Assembly: GCF_000143415.4 (NCBI RefSeq)
Contig: NW_003314261.1
Coordinates: 5,988,822 to 6,052,821 of the forward strand
Source: Selaginella moellendorffii
Lineage: Eukaryota; Plantae; Lycopodiophyta
Direction: 5' to 3'
DNA length: 64,000 nucleotides
This document shows positions 21,830 through 36,295 of the stretch, piece after piece. The notes beneath the pieces are model-generated. The model did no database searches, had not been told where the DNA came from, and saw nothing but the letters and a program-made list of their open reading frames with translations. Positions within the stretch are counted from its first letter, which is position 1, and the number at the start of each line of letters is the position of its first letter. A program made the position numbers and the translations under genes.

Positions 21830-24800
21830 ATGTCTACACATTTCTGGTTTGTGTATTTAATTTACCTTTGTTGAGCCCATTCCAAGAAATCCCTTACTAG
21901 ATTTCAAATATTGAGTCTTTCCGCCGTGAACACTTCTATTGTGGGCATGATACTTGGCCATACCAAGTTCCACAGGACCTTCAATAGCTCGCCCATTGAT
22001 GACTTCCCATGGACTCACCCTGATACTCAAATGTGGTGAACTATTATAGCAGATTTAAGCAAGTCCCAAATGACTTACCCAATCAGTCTGGTGTCCGAAA
22101 ACATAGCATCCCAAATAATCCTCTAGTTACCTATTCACTCTTTCTATTTGTCCATCGGTCAAGAAGTGTTATTCTTATCCAACTTGACTTAATAGCCAAT
22201 ACTTGTCTATGGGTGATAGGCTATGCTAAATTTCAACTTGGTGCAATATTATTCCAAGAAAGTTCTCCAGAACTTACTCATGAAGATCTTATCTTGATCT
22301 AAGATAATCTCTTCTAGTCTTCCCCACACTCAAACCGCATCCACTTCCGCTATAGTAGACATAAAATGTGCCATTTTTGAAAATTGGTCCACCACTATGA
22401 ATATCACATCAAACCTCTCACTTGGAGGGAATTCTATGATAAAGTCCATCGTAAGACATTTCCATGGATGATCTAGAATCAGGATGCTTTGTAACAAGCC
22501 CCCACTAGCCTTCGTCACAGCTTTGACTTGCTGACATGTTGAATTTGTCTTTACATAATCTTGAACGTCCTTAGCCATGGTTAGCCAGTGATACTTCCTC
22601 TTGAGTAAGCCCATCATCTTGGGCACTCCACTATCTCCCACAAGAGGTCCATCATGACACTCTTTTAAAGTTACCTTCTTTAATTTTTCTTGTAGAACAT
22701 ACATCCTTGTTTGTTTATATTAGATGAGTCCATTGCGTTCCGCATAACTTATTTTTTCTTCAGTTAGCAACTCACCTTTTTGGTGAGCATCCTACACTTC
22801 TTAGTGCCTTAACAACACTTCTTGTGCTAAACCATCATTTTTATATGTTGTCCACACATCATCTCAAAAAGTTATTGTTGCACTAGACATCATCAACTTC
22901 AAGCTTGCCTTTCAACTTAGAGCATTTGCTATGATGTTGTTCTTCCCAAGTTTATATAGAATCTCGCAATCAGACTTAGCCAAAGCATTGGCCCATCGAC
23001 CTTATTTTCCTCTTAAGTCGAGTTGTGATAAGAAGTGTTTCGTTGAGACATTATCCGTGTAAACTTTAAAGTGCTTCCTAAGGTAGTGTTGCCACTTCTT
23101 GAGCACCTTGACCACCACAGATAATTCTTTTTCGTGAGCAAGCCACTTTTGCTAAGCTTTGTCCAACTTCTTCAAGAAGAATGCCACTAAATGGTTGTCT
23201 TGCTTCAAAATTGCACCCAACGCAAAGTATAAAGTGTCCATTTTCTACCTTGAAGTCCTTACCAAAGTTTGATAACACTAATAAAGGAGTTTTCCTCAAC
23301 TTCCCTTTGAGGTGGACAAATGCCACCTAAGATTCCACTATGCATACCATCTTTCCTTTTCCCGTTTGGTCTATTAAAGGTAGAGATACTCTTAAATAGT
23401 GTTTAATAAACTTTTGATAATAGTTGCATAGCCCCAAGAACACCCTCAACTCGTGTACATTCGATAGTCATTCCCATTCTTGGACCATTTGGACCTTCTT
23501 AGGGTCCACCTTGAGCCTGTCCTTGCCCACCATATGCCCGAGAAATTTGACCTTTTGTTAAGCAAAGTTACATTTACTCTTTTTAGCATATAACTTAGTT
23601 TCTCAAACACCGTCATCAAGTGTTCGGTAAACTCCTCTAGTGTTTTGCTATAGATTAGGATATGGTTAATATAGATGATCACGAAGTGATCCAAATAGGG
23701 TAAAAAAATGTGGCTCATTAGTGCTGAAAACATTGCCAATGCATTATACAGCCCAAAGGGCATCACTAGAAACTCAAAGCTTCCATACTTTGTCCGACAA
23801 GTTGTCTTCTCGACATCTTCCTCTGCTACCCTGATTTAGTAGTATCTTGACCTTAGGTCAATTCTCAAGAAGTATTTTGTCTTTCCCAACTTATCGAACA
23901 GGTTCTCAATCCTTGGTAAAGGGTATTTGTTCTTCTTTATATACTTGTTAAGCAACCGATAGTCTATGCACATGCGCATAGATCCATTTTTCTTTTTCAC
24001 AAATAACATCGGCACCTTATATAGTGACTTGCTCAACCTAATATACCCTTTATCCACCAACTCTTCCAATTGGCACTTAAGGTCCTCAAATTCTTTTTCG
24101 TTCAAATAATAGGGGGGACAAACCACCGCCTTAGCACCCTCGACTAGCTCGATTTTATGTTCTATCAGTCATATGGGGGGTAACCCTACCGATAACTCTT
24201 CTGGCATGATATCTTGAAATTGATCCAACACCCGCCGGATCACTAAAGGTACTTTTTCTATTCCCATCTTTATATCACTCCTCATTGAGAGTAAGCACAA
24301 AAATGCTGCTTTGGTTCCTTTAGTGAGTTGTCCTCTCGTGGACACCAAGTTCAAGTAGGAGTCTTTGGTTTTACGTTGCCCTACCTTTAGATCCTAGGCT
24401 TCCATGTTGGATCGTTCTCCTTAAGCATTCGTTAGTATCATAAGGTTTCTACTTTGTTCATGTAGGGCTACAATAAATCAATTGAATCAATCCATCTTGA
24501 AGATTACATCAAATCCCGCCACATCTAATATGGTGAAATTTATATTTACTTTCTATGTCCCTACTTCGACTCTTGTTTGTCAAAGTACCTCATCGGTGCT
24601 TTGGCTACCTTAAACAAACTCTATAATCCTTGGTTCCCCTAACCACTATATCGTTAGTTCGGTTTGCCAGACTATGTTTGCAACCACAAAATTATCTGAA
24701 GCACCCGTGTCAATAAAGATCTTAACAAAGCTACTTCCGAACTTCCCTCAAAGGGTTGGTAAATGTTGCGAATGACTTTTTACCAAAGTTGCTTGCTTAA

Positions 24801-27046
24801 TGAGTAACTTTGAGCTAAGGATTGGATCACATACCTCAATTTGGATTTCACCGCACTTAATGGCCATAGCCTTCTTTGGGTAGAGATATTCTCTCAAAAA
24901 ATGTCATACTTCACCACGATTGAAGCATACGTTATTTCCTATACTACTAACCAACTTGACCTTCTTATCCTTATGTGTATCCCTTTTCACTTGACTCCCC
25001 CACATACTTGCTCGCTAGCCACCGAATCTACCTTTCTAAAACCCTAAGGACTCATTCTTAGAGAAACTCTTCTTGAATTTCTCTTTATCATATATCCCCC
25101 TTGGTTTAACTCCTTTGCTAAAAGTGGACCCCAACCCTGTTATATCCCCCTTTCGTAAGTTATCATTGAAATGCACCTTAATAGTTGCATCTAATGCTTC
25201 CTTGTAGTTGGTCGGGTTCTAATGCATTACCTCACCTTGAGCCCAAGTCTACAAGCCTGATATGAAGGCATGGAATGCATCTATATCACCCATGTCTGTG
25301 ACAAGTATTCTCTTTACCATAAACGCATTCACATACTCTTGAATGGTTCTTGTCTGCTTCAGCCTACTCAGCTTATACCTTATATGTAGAGTAGCATTCA
25401 GAGGAATGTAAGTTGCGCAGATCCTCATCTTCATCATTTCCCAAGTGGTCACAGATCCTTTGTTGGCTTTATTGTTCTCCACCAAGACTTAGCATTATCT
25501 ATGAAGTATGGTGTTTTGCACATGGACCTTCTCCGAACTCGGTAACTACAATGCTCGGAAATAATCCTCCATATCAAAAAACCAATCCTCCACTACTTTA
25601 TAGTCATTCACTCCCTTGAAAACCGGTGAAGGCTCTGATTTGTACTTAAGAATTGCTTGAGGGACTGATTCTACTTTGGTTTGTTTGACCTTGTTCGGTT
25701 CCACTTTAGTCCTTGCCAAAAGGTCCATACCTTTTGTACTACTAGCACCTGTAGCTTTTTGCTTTCTCTTCCACTTTTCATCACACTTTAGCTTGCATAC
25801 AAGAGTTTCCAACAGAGCATTGGTTTGTGCTAATTCTCCTTCTAAAATGTCCAATCAAACCTTGAACGATTGAACCTCACCACCAAACTTCTATTTAGAA
25901 GTTTCCTCACTAAACTCCTCCTCATATAAGGATTCCACATTTATAGCTTCTTGTTCTGCCGGAGGCTTCAGCTCTAGAGGAGGTTCTGTCTCCGCCTTGG
26001 TTCTTTTACACTTTACCTTTACCATCTCCCAGCAATTTGCCTCTATCCTTTGCTAGAACTAAGGAAAAGGCTTTAATACCAAATTGTAAATCACAAAATT
26101 TTCCTTTCCAAATTGCTAGTTTACCTTGTTTATCCAACCACCACGACCTTGGCCTTAGCTAAGTTCCCTCGCTAAGGTTTCTACTTATTGTATCAGCTCC
26201 TACTTAGTCCTATTTGGTTTTAGCAACTCACTACAAAAACAACAAAGCATTAGCTAGCCATTCATGCCAGCCATTCCCAAACTCTTTCCCAATCCCCCTC
26301 CCTGGGTTAGACTAAATTTAAGGTTTCGCTACACTCCCTGCATAAACAGCCAAGCACACCAAACCTTTAAATTCTTGACATCCCTTGGTACAATAAAGCT
26401 TGATCATGGTACCATCTAAATCCCAAGCCTTCGATGCAATACTTGCTTTGGGACACTAGGGGGAAACACTGTGGCATAATGGCCAGGTATGGGTACCCCT
26501 ACTCCCCCACTTCCATCCTAAAGGGAAGGCCCAAGCCTAAGAGAAATTGAGGACCAATGAACCACAATGTACTTAAGTGGGGCACCACTCTACATGAGCC
26601 AAGAGCACCGTAGTCAGTTTCCTTTCTGAGAGTGGAAGCTGCTCTTGAGCACTTCCTTGGGTGGCCCCTCCGGCACCACCTAAGTCCATGCTCACTCCCA
26701 CCTAAGCCCCTAAACCCTAGTCTCAACCTTAAGTCAGTTTGGAAGCACCACTAGAGAGTTCCTTCAAGACTAGTTCCTGGACTTCACTATCCACTCTATC
26801 TCGAACTTGATCTCAGATCTTGGACTCGGTCTTGATCTCAGTCTTGAACTCAGTCTCGAACTCAGTCTCAAAGTTGGTCTTAGACTCGATCTTAAACTCG
26901 GTCTCAGAGTCGGTCTCGAACTCGGTTTCAGAGTTGGTCTCAGACTCGATCTCAGACTCGGTCTCATCCAATGAACTCTTTATTATTTTGGTCATGCTTT
27001 CGAGGATCCTTTAGCCTATGACACTTCAAGGAGTTGGTTCCTTACA
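21830..27046 (-). mobile_element. Decayed Ty3/gypsy retrotransposon (5' LTR 27046-26085, PBS 26081-26070, gag-PR-RT-RH-IN)
   Basis: Gag fragments; protease IFIDTGASDNF (~24700); [19 protein letters not shown] and MPFGL; RNase H; integrase MDFI...VVDQFSKMAHF. Gypsy domain order, many stops and frameshifts. Confidence 0.92.
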
Positions 27047-28724
27047 ACTGCCTTGTCCAATCTACATTTGACCATGCTCAAATTTGAAAGAGCACAGAGT
27101 TGCGTCTAGCCATGGTTGGCTAAGGATCACTGATAGCACTTGTGAGGATGCTCCCAAAGCAATATAGTCCATAATCATAAAGTCAACTGTAGACTTGTGG
27201 CCATAAACCAAAATAGGTACATCACAACAAATCTCTATTGGAGTTCAGCTAAGGTCTTTAACACAATCATTGAGTTCTCGATCATCGTAAAAAGCAAGGA
27301 AGATGCCCAATCTGATGCTCTTGCCTTCAAGGATCTTAGGAATAGTTCTCTGAGACAAGGGATTTTCTATGATCTAGTTGTACCCCAAGTAAGCTTGAAA
27401 TTAGTTGACGTGATTGCAAGCCGAAACACCTAATCCAAGATAGAACTCTGGGAGGTCCATTGCCCTATGAAGAAAGTGGATAGCTTCCACCATCGGTGCA
27501 ATGTTTTGATCACTCTCCTCTCTGGAATTTGCTATGGATGATGAAGACTTGCTTGCTGACAATGCCATCTAGTAGTCAAGCTCACATCTAAACCTTGAGA
27601 ACCTTCCTCTAAATTGTGTGTAAGGGGAGCTTGTACAACAACAACACGAACAACATGTACAAATGGGCATCAAACTCCTGAGATGCACTATATGCCAGAA
27701 AATTCCTACCACTTATGCAATGAAATAAGGCTCAAAACAAAAACCCTTAAACTGCTCATAAAAAGCTCCAAAAATCATAAAACAAAACTCATTGGAAAGC
27801 TAGAAACAAGCACAACAATCTCATAGAAAAGATAAACCTAAAAATCTCATTCAAATATGCTTAAAACCCTCATAAAAACTGGCAAATACATACCCAAATG
27901 AAAAACATGAAGATCCCACAGCTACTAGATCCTAAAATCCTATTTTTGGGCTCATTAAAAGCTATATCTAGGATCTATTTAGCAGTGTAAAACAAAATCA
28001 ACTTGTACTGCTCAGATTCATGCGAGAATGCCCCAAACTTTCTCATGCTCTAAATAAAGGAGCACAAGAGAAACGTTGTAAACTGCTAGATCCCAAAGCA
28101 AAACTCACATGCAATGACTCTAGAGAAATCCTGTGAGTAGATTTATCCGACAAGCCAAAGAAAGATGGAAGATCCATTAAGCACTGAGCTTCTAAAGTGA
28201 TTACTACATGCACTATGAAGAAAACTTGTTTGCATGTTGTGCTCTAAGCACAGAATTGAGAAATTCTTGATGCTAGAATGAAGCTCTTAGCAACATCTAC
28301 AAACCCATCATCTCAATTTCCCAAATAAATCAACAATCAAAATGTGAAGAGGAGAAAATGACTATTCTTGGCCTAGAAAGAAAGAAAACTCAAGAAATCT
28401 TTAAAATTCAAATATGGTGCTTAGAATTTTGCATTTGGGCACACACATCTTTGCTTCTAAAATCTCCCTAGTACCGGTGCCATTATCACAACACAAATCT
28501 CTCATGAATTTGCCCTAAACCCCAAGAAAAACCAAAGAACATCTGGAAGAAGGAAATGAACAAAACCAAAGTTCTTCCTTTATATCTTTGTGTATTTCTT
28601 TCGTACTTGCCAATCAGGCTAGATTGAAGCTACCATTGGAGTAACCTTGCTCATGAACGTTTTCATCAATCATTCCACTCTAAACAATCAAAGTTAGTAC
28701 CGTGAATGATGAAAGAAAGCTTCT

Positions 28725-28790
28725 TGACATTTTCTCTAGTCTTAAGTCTTCCTCCGGGAAACTTGAAAAACATATTCTGCTGCTTATGGG
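28725..28790 (-). pseudogene. Short fragment resembling pre-mRNA cleavage factor Im 25 kDa (Nudix)
   Basis: NMFFKFPGGRLKTREN resembles the CFIm25 NTFxKLPGGRLKPGEN segment. The surrounding ORF is unrelated. Confidence 0.4.
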
Positions 28791-29639
28791 CAATGGCCAA
28801 CCCTACAAGATCTTCGTCCCTGTCCCTCACACCACCCTTTTCACCGACATTGGCATCACTGCTGACCGATCCCAAACTCCTAGTGGAGAATTCTTGCAGC
28901 CTTGAGATCTTCTCGTTGGTGATGCTGTTGCTGTTGCTGCTGCTGTGATTCTGACTTACATGTAGCATGAAGTTGACTCTACCATTGGGACTTCTAGATA
29001 GCCTTTCTGTCACCATACTATCATAAAAAGCTGTGACACAAAACCATACCCCAACCAAAAGACTTCCTTTAGCTATGATAGCAAAACTTAAAAGCACGAT
29101 GATTACCTGTATCCCAAAATATTCACTGACTTTCTCCAAAAAGAATAGATATTAGAGGTTCCACTTTGAAGAAAGGATCAATGTAATCACTGCTAACAAT
29201 AAAGGATATTGATACTGTAAGCGACAAGATCATATAGGTGAAATATATTCATCATTTGCCTGTATACTAGCATTTCTTCTTCAATGCCTTCATCTTCCCA
29301 ATACTTCTGATTTGTTCCTATGCAAAGACATTCAACCTACATTCCAAAGACCATAAATCACATACATACCTGTTCCAAGGCATACATTCTGGAGACTAAG
29401 AAATGGTGGTGATATAATAACAAAATGTGTTCACTAGTGAGAAAGAAACTTATCAATAGTGAAGAATCAAGCCACTGTAGGAGCTCACTCTTGTTTCCTT
29501 TCCAATGCTGCACAATGACATGAGAGAGGGTCAAACATGGAACCCCCAAATATGAACAGCCATAACCATTCTAACAAAGTGTTACATTTAAACTGTCCAT
29601 CTAAAAAATCCAAAGGTAAGAGAATAGCATTTTTAAATA

Positions 29640-30130
29640 AAGAACTATGATATTAGGATTTTGTAGATGCTAATGAAATAAAGTATCAAAACTCATTAGT
29701 ACAATTTTGGAATCTTTTAATGGTAGTAATCATCAAATGGGGCACAAAACTTGTTTCTAATATGAGGATATCTAAAATAAAGTTTTATTGTCTGTTTGAT
29801 TTTATGTGATGCTTTCTCTATTATAACACCTACAAATGCCACTTTTTATTTGTGGCTATGGAGGCCATTAAAATTCAGGTTACAAGATGATCATGGTACA
29901 ACTACTTTATTATTAAAGTTAAAGAACTTCGCTAGTCATACTATTTGGTAGGGTTTGAGACTTTAGATATATAATTTCAATGTTATTTATCATTTAGAGA
30001 GTTGTAACCTATAGGTTTGCTTAAACTTGTTGAAAACAATTTTTGCCAAGAACTCAATTGGACTCATATCACATGATTAAAGAAGTTTTGATAAATAATA
30101 AAGCTACTAGTCCTTTATGTCCAACTTTTT
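29640..30130 (+). mobile_element. Highly decayed Ty1/copia RNase H-like remnant
   Basis: GFVDAN-like motif near 29657 in AT-rich decayed sequence; no intact frame. Confidence 0.3.
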
Positions 30131-31268
30131 CTTAAAAAATTAATGCATGTAAAATTGTTGGAATGTTAAAGAGTTGCTAATGTGCTCACTTGTGTATAAA
30201 CTTTATCTAATAGGACTTTAGTTGCATCTCACCATTTTCTCAAGTTTACCCCTCAAAATCTATAATATTTTATATATAATTGATTTGTTAGGGTTAAATG
30301 GAAGATACAACCTGTGCCATTTGTCGAGGGTGTTGTCAGCCACAAGAAATTTTAAATCCTTAACTTCAAGTGGAGTCCTAATACCATGGCTTTCATCTTG
30401 AGTTTAAACTCTTTTTAAGGTTAATCTAGATAAATAACCCAAATCTTTATATATGTTATCCCTACAAATTGTATTGAAATTTTTTTGTTAGTACCTCAAG
30501 TTTCTAGAGCATAATCATGATGAAAAGTGTAACACAACCAATGTCACACATATTGCTCTATCAAGCTGTGGGCAAGGAAAAATCCTTAGCACCTAATCAA
30601 ATAACAAACCACTTTTTGTCTTTGTTTTTATAACCGCTTGAATACTTAGTTGCAAGCAAATTATACATGTAAAATAGAATGAGTTATTTTCTTGGATCTG
30701 AGAGCATATAATATATCTAGATTGGGAATTTCTGTCCCTTTTGTAGTCATTAATTGTAAAATGGTATCTAGAAATTCATATTTTGACATTGGTTCATAAG
30801 AAATTGTTAGATAATTTTTATCTATTGATATGTGTTCTTGTTGTTTGTTCCTAGTGTGTACTACTCCAATAAAGTCCACACATGTAGGTGTTGTGTTATT
30901 GTAGATTATTGTGTTTTTTATTTAACACTAGAGTTTTAGAAAGATTTTTGAACTCCATCTTCTTCAAATCCATCTTTATATATATATTTTCTTCATTTGT
31001 CAACATTGTCTCTTCAATAATTTCCATTTCCTTAGTATATATAGTTTCTTCAAATTCAATTGAAACTCCATTTATAAATATTGATTCCTATATTATCACA
31101 ATTTCATCAGCTAGATTTCACAATTTCTAGATCATCCACTTTGGACTCAATTAGGTCTTCTTTTTGGACAAGTTGATTATATCCACTATGAATTGTGGTT
31201 TTTACAATATTTTTGGTATGTAAACTAATGATAAATCTTTTAGTAGCTACTTATGGATATTGCCTCAT

Positions 31269-31939
31269 TGTAGTGCATATGATCATGGAATGAGATTTAG
31301 ATATATTATCATTGTGGATTTTTGGAACTTTAAGGGATAAATAGGGAATAAATAACTATTAAGGGCTCTTTTATCAAGCAATTGCCCCTTTTTTAATTGG
31401 TTTAAGGGAAAAAGATAAGATGCATTATATGTGGTATTAGAGTAAATAGCACGGGTTCAATTCCCATTGATTAGTAGTTATTTAAAATATAATATACCCT
31501 TGAGCAAAGTATATTCTTACCCCTAAATTTGAAATCATATATATTAGGCATTCATACATATGTCCTTCCTTTTATAGAGTATCCACAAACGAAAGTATCC
31601 ACCATAGGATTGTAGTACAGGTGGATGATTAATTACTTTACATGAAATAGCTAGTTAATATAATGGAAGGATTAGTACATTTTGTGCGGAAATGGAGGTG
31701 TTGGTTCCCCTTGGCTCTATAAAAGTTGTTAGTCAATAGTCAATGAGAACATTAATATATCTAAAGGGGGGGGGTGGTGTAGTCCATTTAATTATGGGAT
31801 GAGATTTAGATATACTATCATTATAGATCCTTGGAACTTTAGGGGATAAATGGAGATAAAATAACTATCAAAGGCTTTCTTGTTAAGCAATTGCTCATTT
31901 TCCAATTGGCTTAAAGGGAAAGAAATAGAGTGCACTACA
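31269..31939 (+). mobile_element. Complete TRIM (LTRs 31269-31429 and 31778-31939)
   Basis: ~160-bp direct repeats, PBS TGGTATTAGAG at 31432, G-rich PPT before 31778, TSD CTCAT/CTCTT (one mismatch). Confidence 0.88.
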
Positions 31940-32334
31940 CTCTTCATTTAACACATTGGCAACATGTCCATTTGTAACCACCATATCAACAATAACTCCA
32001 CTTGTGAGCACATAGTAACTTGAATTAAGAATGTAATATCTTCATTAGTAAAATTAATTATGAACAATATTTAATCAACAAGAACAATCAATCATCATAG
32101 CTTGATATAGAGCAATATTTTTGGGATAGATATGTGTTGGATTGATATTATTATTTTGGCCACTAAGTTGCTTAGTTTTTATAACATTTCCAACAAACTG
32201 TCAATATCTTGAAAGCATTTTTCAAAGAATATATTATTCATAGTTTTTTTATCTTATAGAATTCAATATTATATACCAATTATTCTTCTATTAACATTAT
32301 CTTGATTTTAGTGTGTTAACTAATTAATTTGTGT

Positions 32335-32760
32335 AACAAATGTAATTTTTACCCTTTACCTTATAGTGATTTACCATAAGATAATTATAGAGCGAAACCT
32401 ACACCCTTAGACATGTGGGCCAAGGGCAATAGAGCAAAACCAAAATTCAAGGCTTTGGGCCACTGAATGAAGAAAAAACTCCCAAGTATAACACTAAGGA
32501 GCATAGGAAACTAAAGCCTAGAACAACTCTCAAATATACAACCCAAGGAGTGAAAGGACAAAAGCATAAAATGATATTAGAATAGTTCTAAAGCTTCTAG
32601 CATCCCAATATTATGACCAATAGGCAAAACAAAACCAAATGGAATTTAGTACTATTTTAATATACTAATAGCCTATTGCAAGGATATAGGGTACTCTATC
32701 AACTAACATGGTATAAAGCCTAGATTAGACCCAAACCAAACATAAAACAAGGATGAGGCA
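32335..32760 (-). mobile_element. Degenerate inverted fragment of the family B LTR
   Basis: Reverse-complement similarity to ~33330-33797. Confidence 0.6.
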
Positions 32761-34807
32761 TGATAGTGAGGGTGTTTAGCAAATATGGTAAGCTATCATT
32801 TAGTGATATTAAAGAACTAATCTCAAAATGTGTAGGTTCTTTATAAACTCTTTCCAAGTGCTCTAACTCCATTATGCTTCAACTATCACAAACCCCTAAC
32901 TATCCAAGAGAGGCTGAGAGCCATGATCCACTTCTACAAACTCCATAGCTTGAAACTTGCTGGGGATTTTTCCCATGCCAACTCCTTGACAGCCGACAAT
33001 TGTGGTAGCCTCAATTGCATAGAACTAACCCTGACTATGTCATCCTAGCCCTATTCTTGCAGTCCAGCCAGCCTTCTCCAACATCCAAAAGCCAGGGTTC
33101 TCACAGGAGAGCAAGCCATGGCCATTGTCCCTTGACAAACTTATTTGCCCTCATCATTGTAACTAATGTGTCTATGTCGCGAATATGACTTCGGGTATCA
33201 AAAGTTACCTATCGGCTAGTCCTTACGGACACTCTTACCTTACCTGTGGGGGGTTCCAAATGTATAGTAGGGATAGTGGGTAGGTCGGGCATGGCCAACC
33301 AACCTGAGGCATAGTCTAGCTCCCACTTGCGTGCCTGTCCTTGTTTTGCGTCTAGCTTGGGTCTAAGCCCAAGTTCCATTCCATGCTAGCTGGTGGAGTA
33401 CCCATGTCCTCGCATTAGGCCACTAGTATTCCGAAATAGCGCCGGACTCTGTTTGGCTCTGTTTTGGGTGCTGGTCTTGGCATTGGGATGCTGGTTACTC
33501 TAGGACTATTCCAAGTCGCTTCGGGCTCCTATTCCTTCGCTCCTTGGGCTGAATGCTTGGGAGTTGCTCCGTGGTTCGGTTCCATCACTCCTTGGCTTCA
33601 TGCTTGGGAGTTTGGCACCGTTCCTTCGTTCAGTGGCCCAAGGCCTTGAACCTCGGGTTCCACACCACGTTCCTTTAGACACGTGGCATGTGACACATGG
33701 CATCTGTCACGTGGCACAAAGAGGGTTTAGGTTCCGCTTCGTGGTGTTATCCTATGGTAAATCACCATAGGATAAAGGGTCAAAACCGTGCGCTACATTT
33801 GGTATCAGAGCATGAGTCTCAGCGAGTGCTATCCAATGAGATTGGGCAACTAGTCTCATTGCATACACAGAGATGAAAACGATAATCCGAGTGGGTACAC
33901 GTTTGGTGCAAAGGCTTCGCAATCATTCCTTGGGTATGGTTTTTGTTACCTTTTTATACCGTGATAATGTGAGCTTGCTCTTGGGCTCATAAGAGGGATT
34001 GAGTTATTCTGTTCGTACAAGTTTGAGCTTGGACTCGTGAGTGAGGCACATTAGCAACTCAAGGTTACACTTTGAGTTTGCAGGATTCATATTAGCCTAT
34101 CGTTGGTTCCATGAGTTGTTCCATGTGCCATGGGTGAAAGTAAACCTGCCCTAGGTTTGCTATGAGTGGCAAATAGGCTAGTTTGTAGCTATTAAACATG
34201 GCACTAGTGGATCCTTCTTAGGCATGATTACAAGTGGATCAATCAAGACTGGGGATTAGTCTATTGGTTCAAGTAGTTATTGCCATGCTCTCTCATAAAC
34301 TTTTCTTGGATCAAACTGAAGGCAATGCGAAAGCAAGCTTCAGGTTTAGTCAAAGATGAGGCCGAAAAGAGAGTCATCAGGAACGAAGGATCAAACACGT
34401 AAATCATCTTCTCTTCTTGGAGAGATGATTTGCAACGAAGTGTGACTCATTGCTCATATTCACAATATGCAATCAAAAGTCCCTACCTTGATACATATTG
34501 GAAATGATAGTCTTGCAAGTGGTGAGTTGTGGGATGGATAGCAGTGAAGCGCTAAACCATTTTATCTAGACTTGCTATTGGGAGACTTGGGTTGCAATGC
34601 TCAATTCTTTTCCGGGGAACTTTGCTATTGCTCCTTGAGTATCTTGGTGTTGGATTAGTGTTGAGTTTGGTCAGATAGAGAATGGCATGAGCTTGTCCAT
34701 GTTGTGAACAAAAGTTAGTGGTGTTAGGTGTTATAAATCTCTATTGGTGGAGTGTGGCATTTATGTTACATTTTGTCAAATCGAGTTGGCACTTGATAGT
34801 CACATAG

Positions 34808-34969
34808 TGTAGCGCATGTGATCATGGGATGAGATTTGGATATACTGTCACCGTGGATCCTTAGAACCTTGGGGGATAAATGGCGATAAAATAGCCACTA
34901 AGGGCTCTCTTATTAAGCAATTGCCCCTTTTCCAGTTGGCTTAAGGGGAGAGAGATAAAATGCGCTACA
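34808..34969 (+). mobile_element. Solo LTR of the TRIM family
   Basis: TGTAGCGCAT...ATGCGCTACA ends, similar to the TRIM LTRs; TSD CATAG/CATAA. Confidence 0.85.
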
Positions 34970-35893
34970 CATAAACCTTTGAAATAATGACACTGACATT
35001 ACTTGTGTTGCTTGATTGATAATCAAGTCATTGTGATACTTATATCATATCCATGTGATAATAAGCAATGTGTTTACAAAGTTGCTTGGTTAAATGATGA
35101 TCAACCCCAAAGTAGTTGATGGTGAAGCTAGTCTATTTGCATGTAGTAGCATTGTAGTAGCTTTGACTAGATTCTTGATGGTGGTCCATTATGCTAAGCT
35201 TAAGTTGGTTCCTTGTTCCTTGAGAGTTTGCTCATTAGGTGTTGGAAAAGTATTATAACATTTATTTGTTATAGCTCATTAGTTGATCCGTTAACACTTG
35301 GAGTAGATTATTGGATGGAGAAAATGTGTAGTTGAGGCATTGACATCGCTAGCACTTGTGTTAGTGGAAGTGACATTGTTGTTTCAAGTGATGAGGATTT
35401 TCCTTAGAGCTTGATTTTCCATGTCATTTTTCTTGTTAGTGTTTTGGCTTCACATTATATCTTTAAGGTGATTGAAGAAAAGTGTTAGTGCAATGTGGAT
35501 ATCTGAAAATATGGTCTTCGTGATCAAGCCTTGGATGTTCATTTTGCATTTTTGTGGATATCAGTGTTGGATATCGGAAGTATGGGCAAAAAGATGTTCG
35601 AGGCTTAAGTATACTTTGGGTTATGAGAATTTGTGTTGAGGTGAACCTATGTGAAGTTGTTTGTAGGAGGATGTTGGTTGAATTTTTTGAAAGTTTGCAT
35701 TCCTGGACTGAGAGTCATTCTTTCTCTAGGATGGAAATTTTTCCACAAATTTTCTTAGACTTTTCTAATGGCTGATCTATTGATCACTTTGCTCGAAAAC
35801 TAATCTATTTTCGTACACCAATATAAACTAGTGAAGGAGTTGGAGTTGACTTTGGTTGGCTTAAACCTGAGTAGGTAGTTTGTATGATGCGAC

Positions 35894-36091
35894 CCGAAAG
35901 GGATGCTGACTTTTGGAGCTAAGGCAATTGAGTTGGATAGAGTCTGGAGTTAGTGTAGAAAAGTGACCCTTATGCCTTTCTTCTATAGCGTTCCGAAAGG
36001 GATGTTGACTTTTGGAGCTAAGGCAATTGAGTTGGATAGAGTCTGGAGTTAGTGTAGAAAAGTGACCCTTATGCCTTTCTTCTGTAGCGTT
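35894..36091. repeat. 99-bp tandem duplication
   Basis: CCGAAAGGGATG... unit at 35894 and again at 35993. Confidence 0.9.
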
Positions 36092-36295
36092 GTGCTTGGT
36101 GGCAGGTTGCACCTTGCATTTCGTTAAACTCTATGTGAGTAGTGAGCTCTCACTGATCTTGACTTGGTCTTAGTGGTCTTGCGCCTTGGCTAAGGAAGGT
36201 GATGTCCAACTTAGTTGTTTGTGGTTGAAATGTTGGTACCTGTACTATAGTTTTGTCTATGAGGAGGTTGTGTACTGATATGAGTTCATCTCATG

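Noticed and set aside
28340-28530. ~190-bp dispersed repeat also found at ~62600-62790
   Set aside because: Real similarity, but no definable ends or coding motif; likely an old TE fragment.
29110-29570. Two exon-like segments of a possible membrane-protein gene (minus strand)
   Set aside because: Splice-like ends are present, but there are stops/frameshifts and no family I can name.
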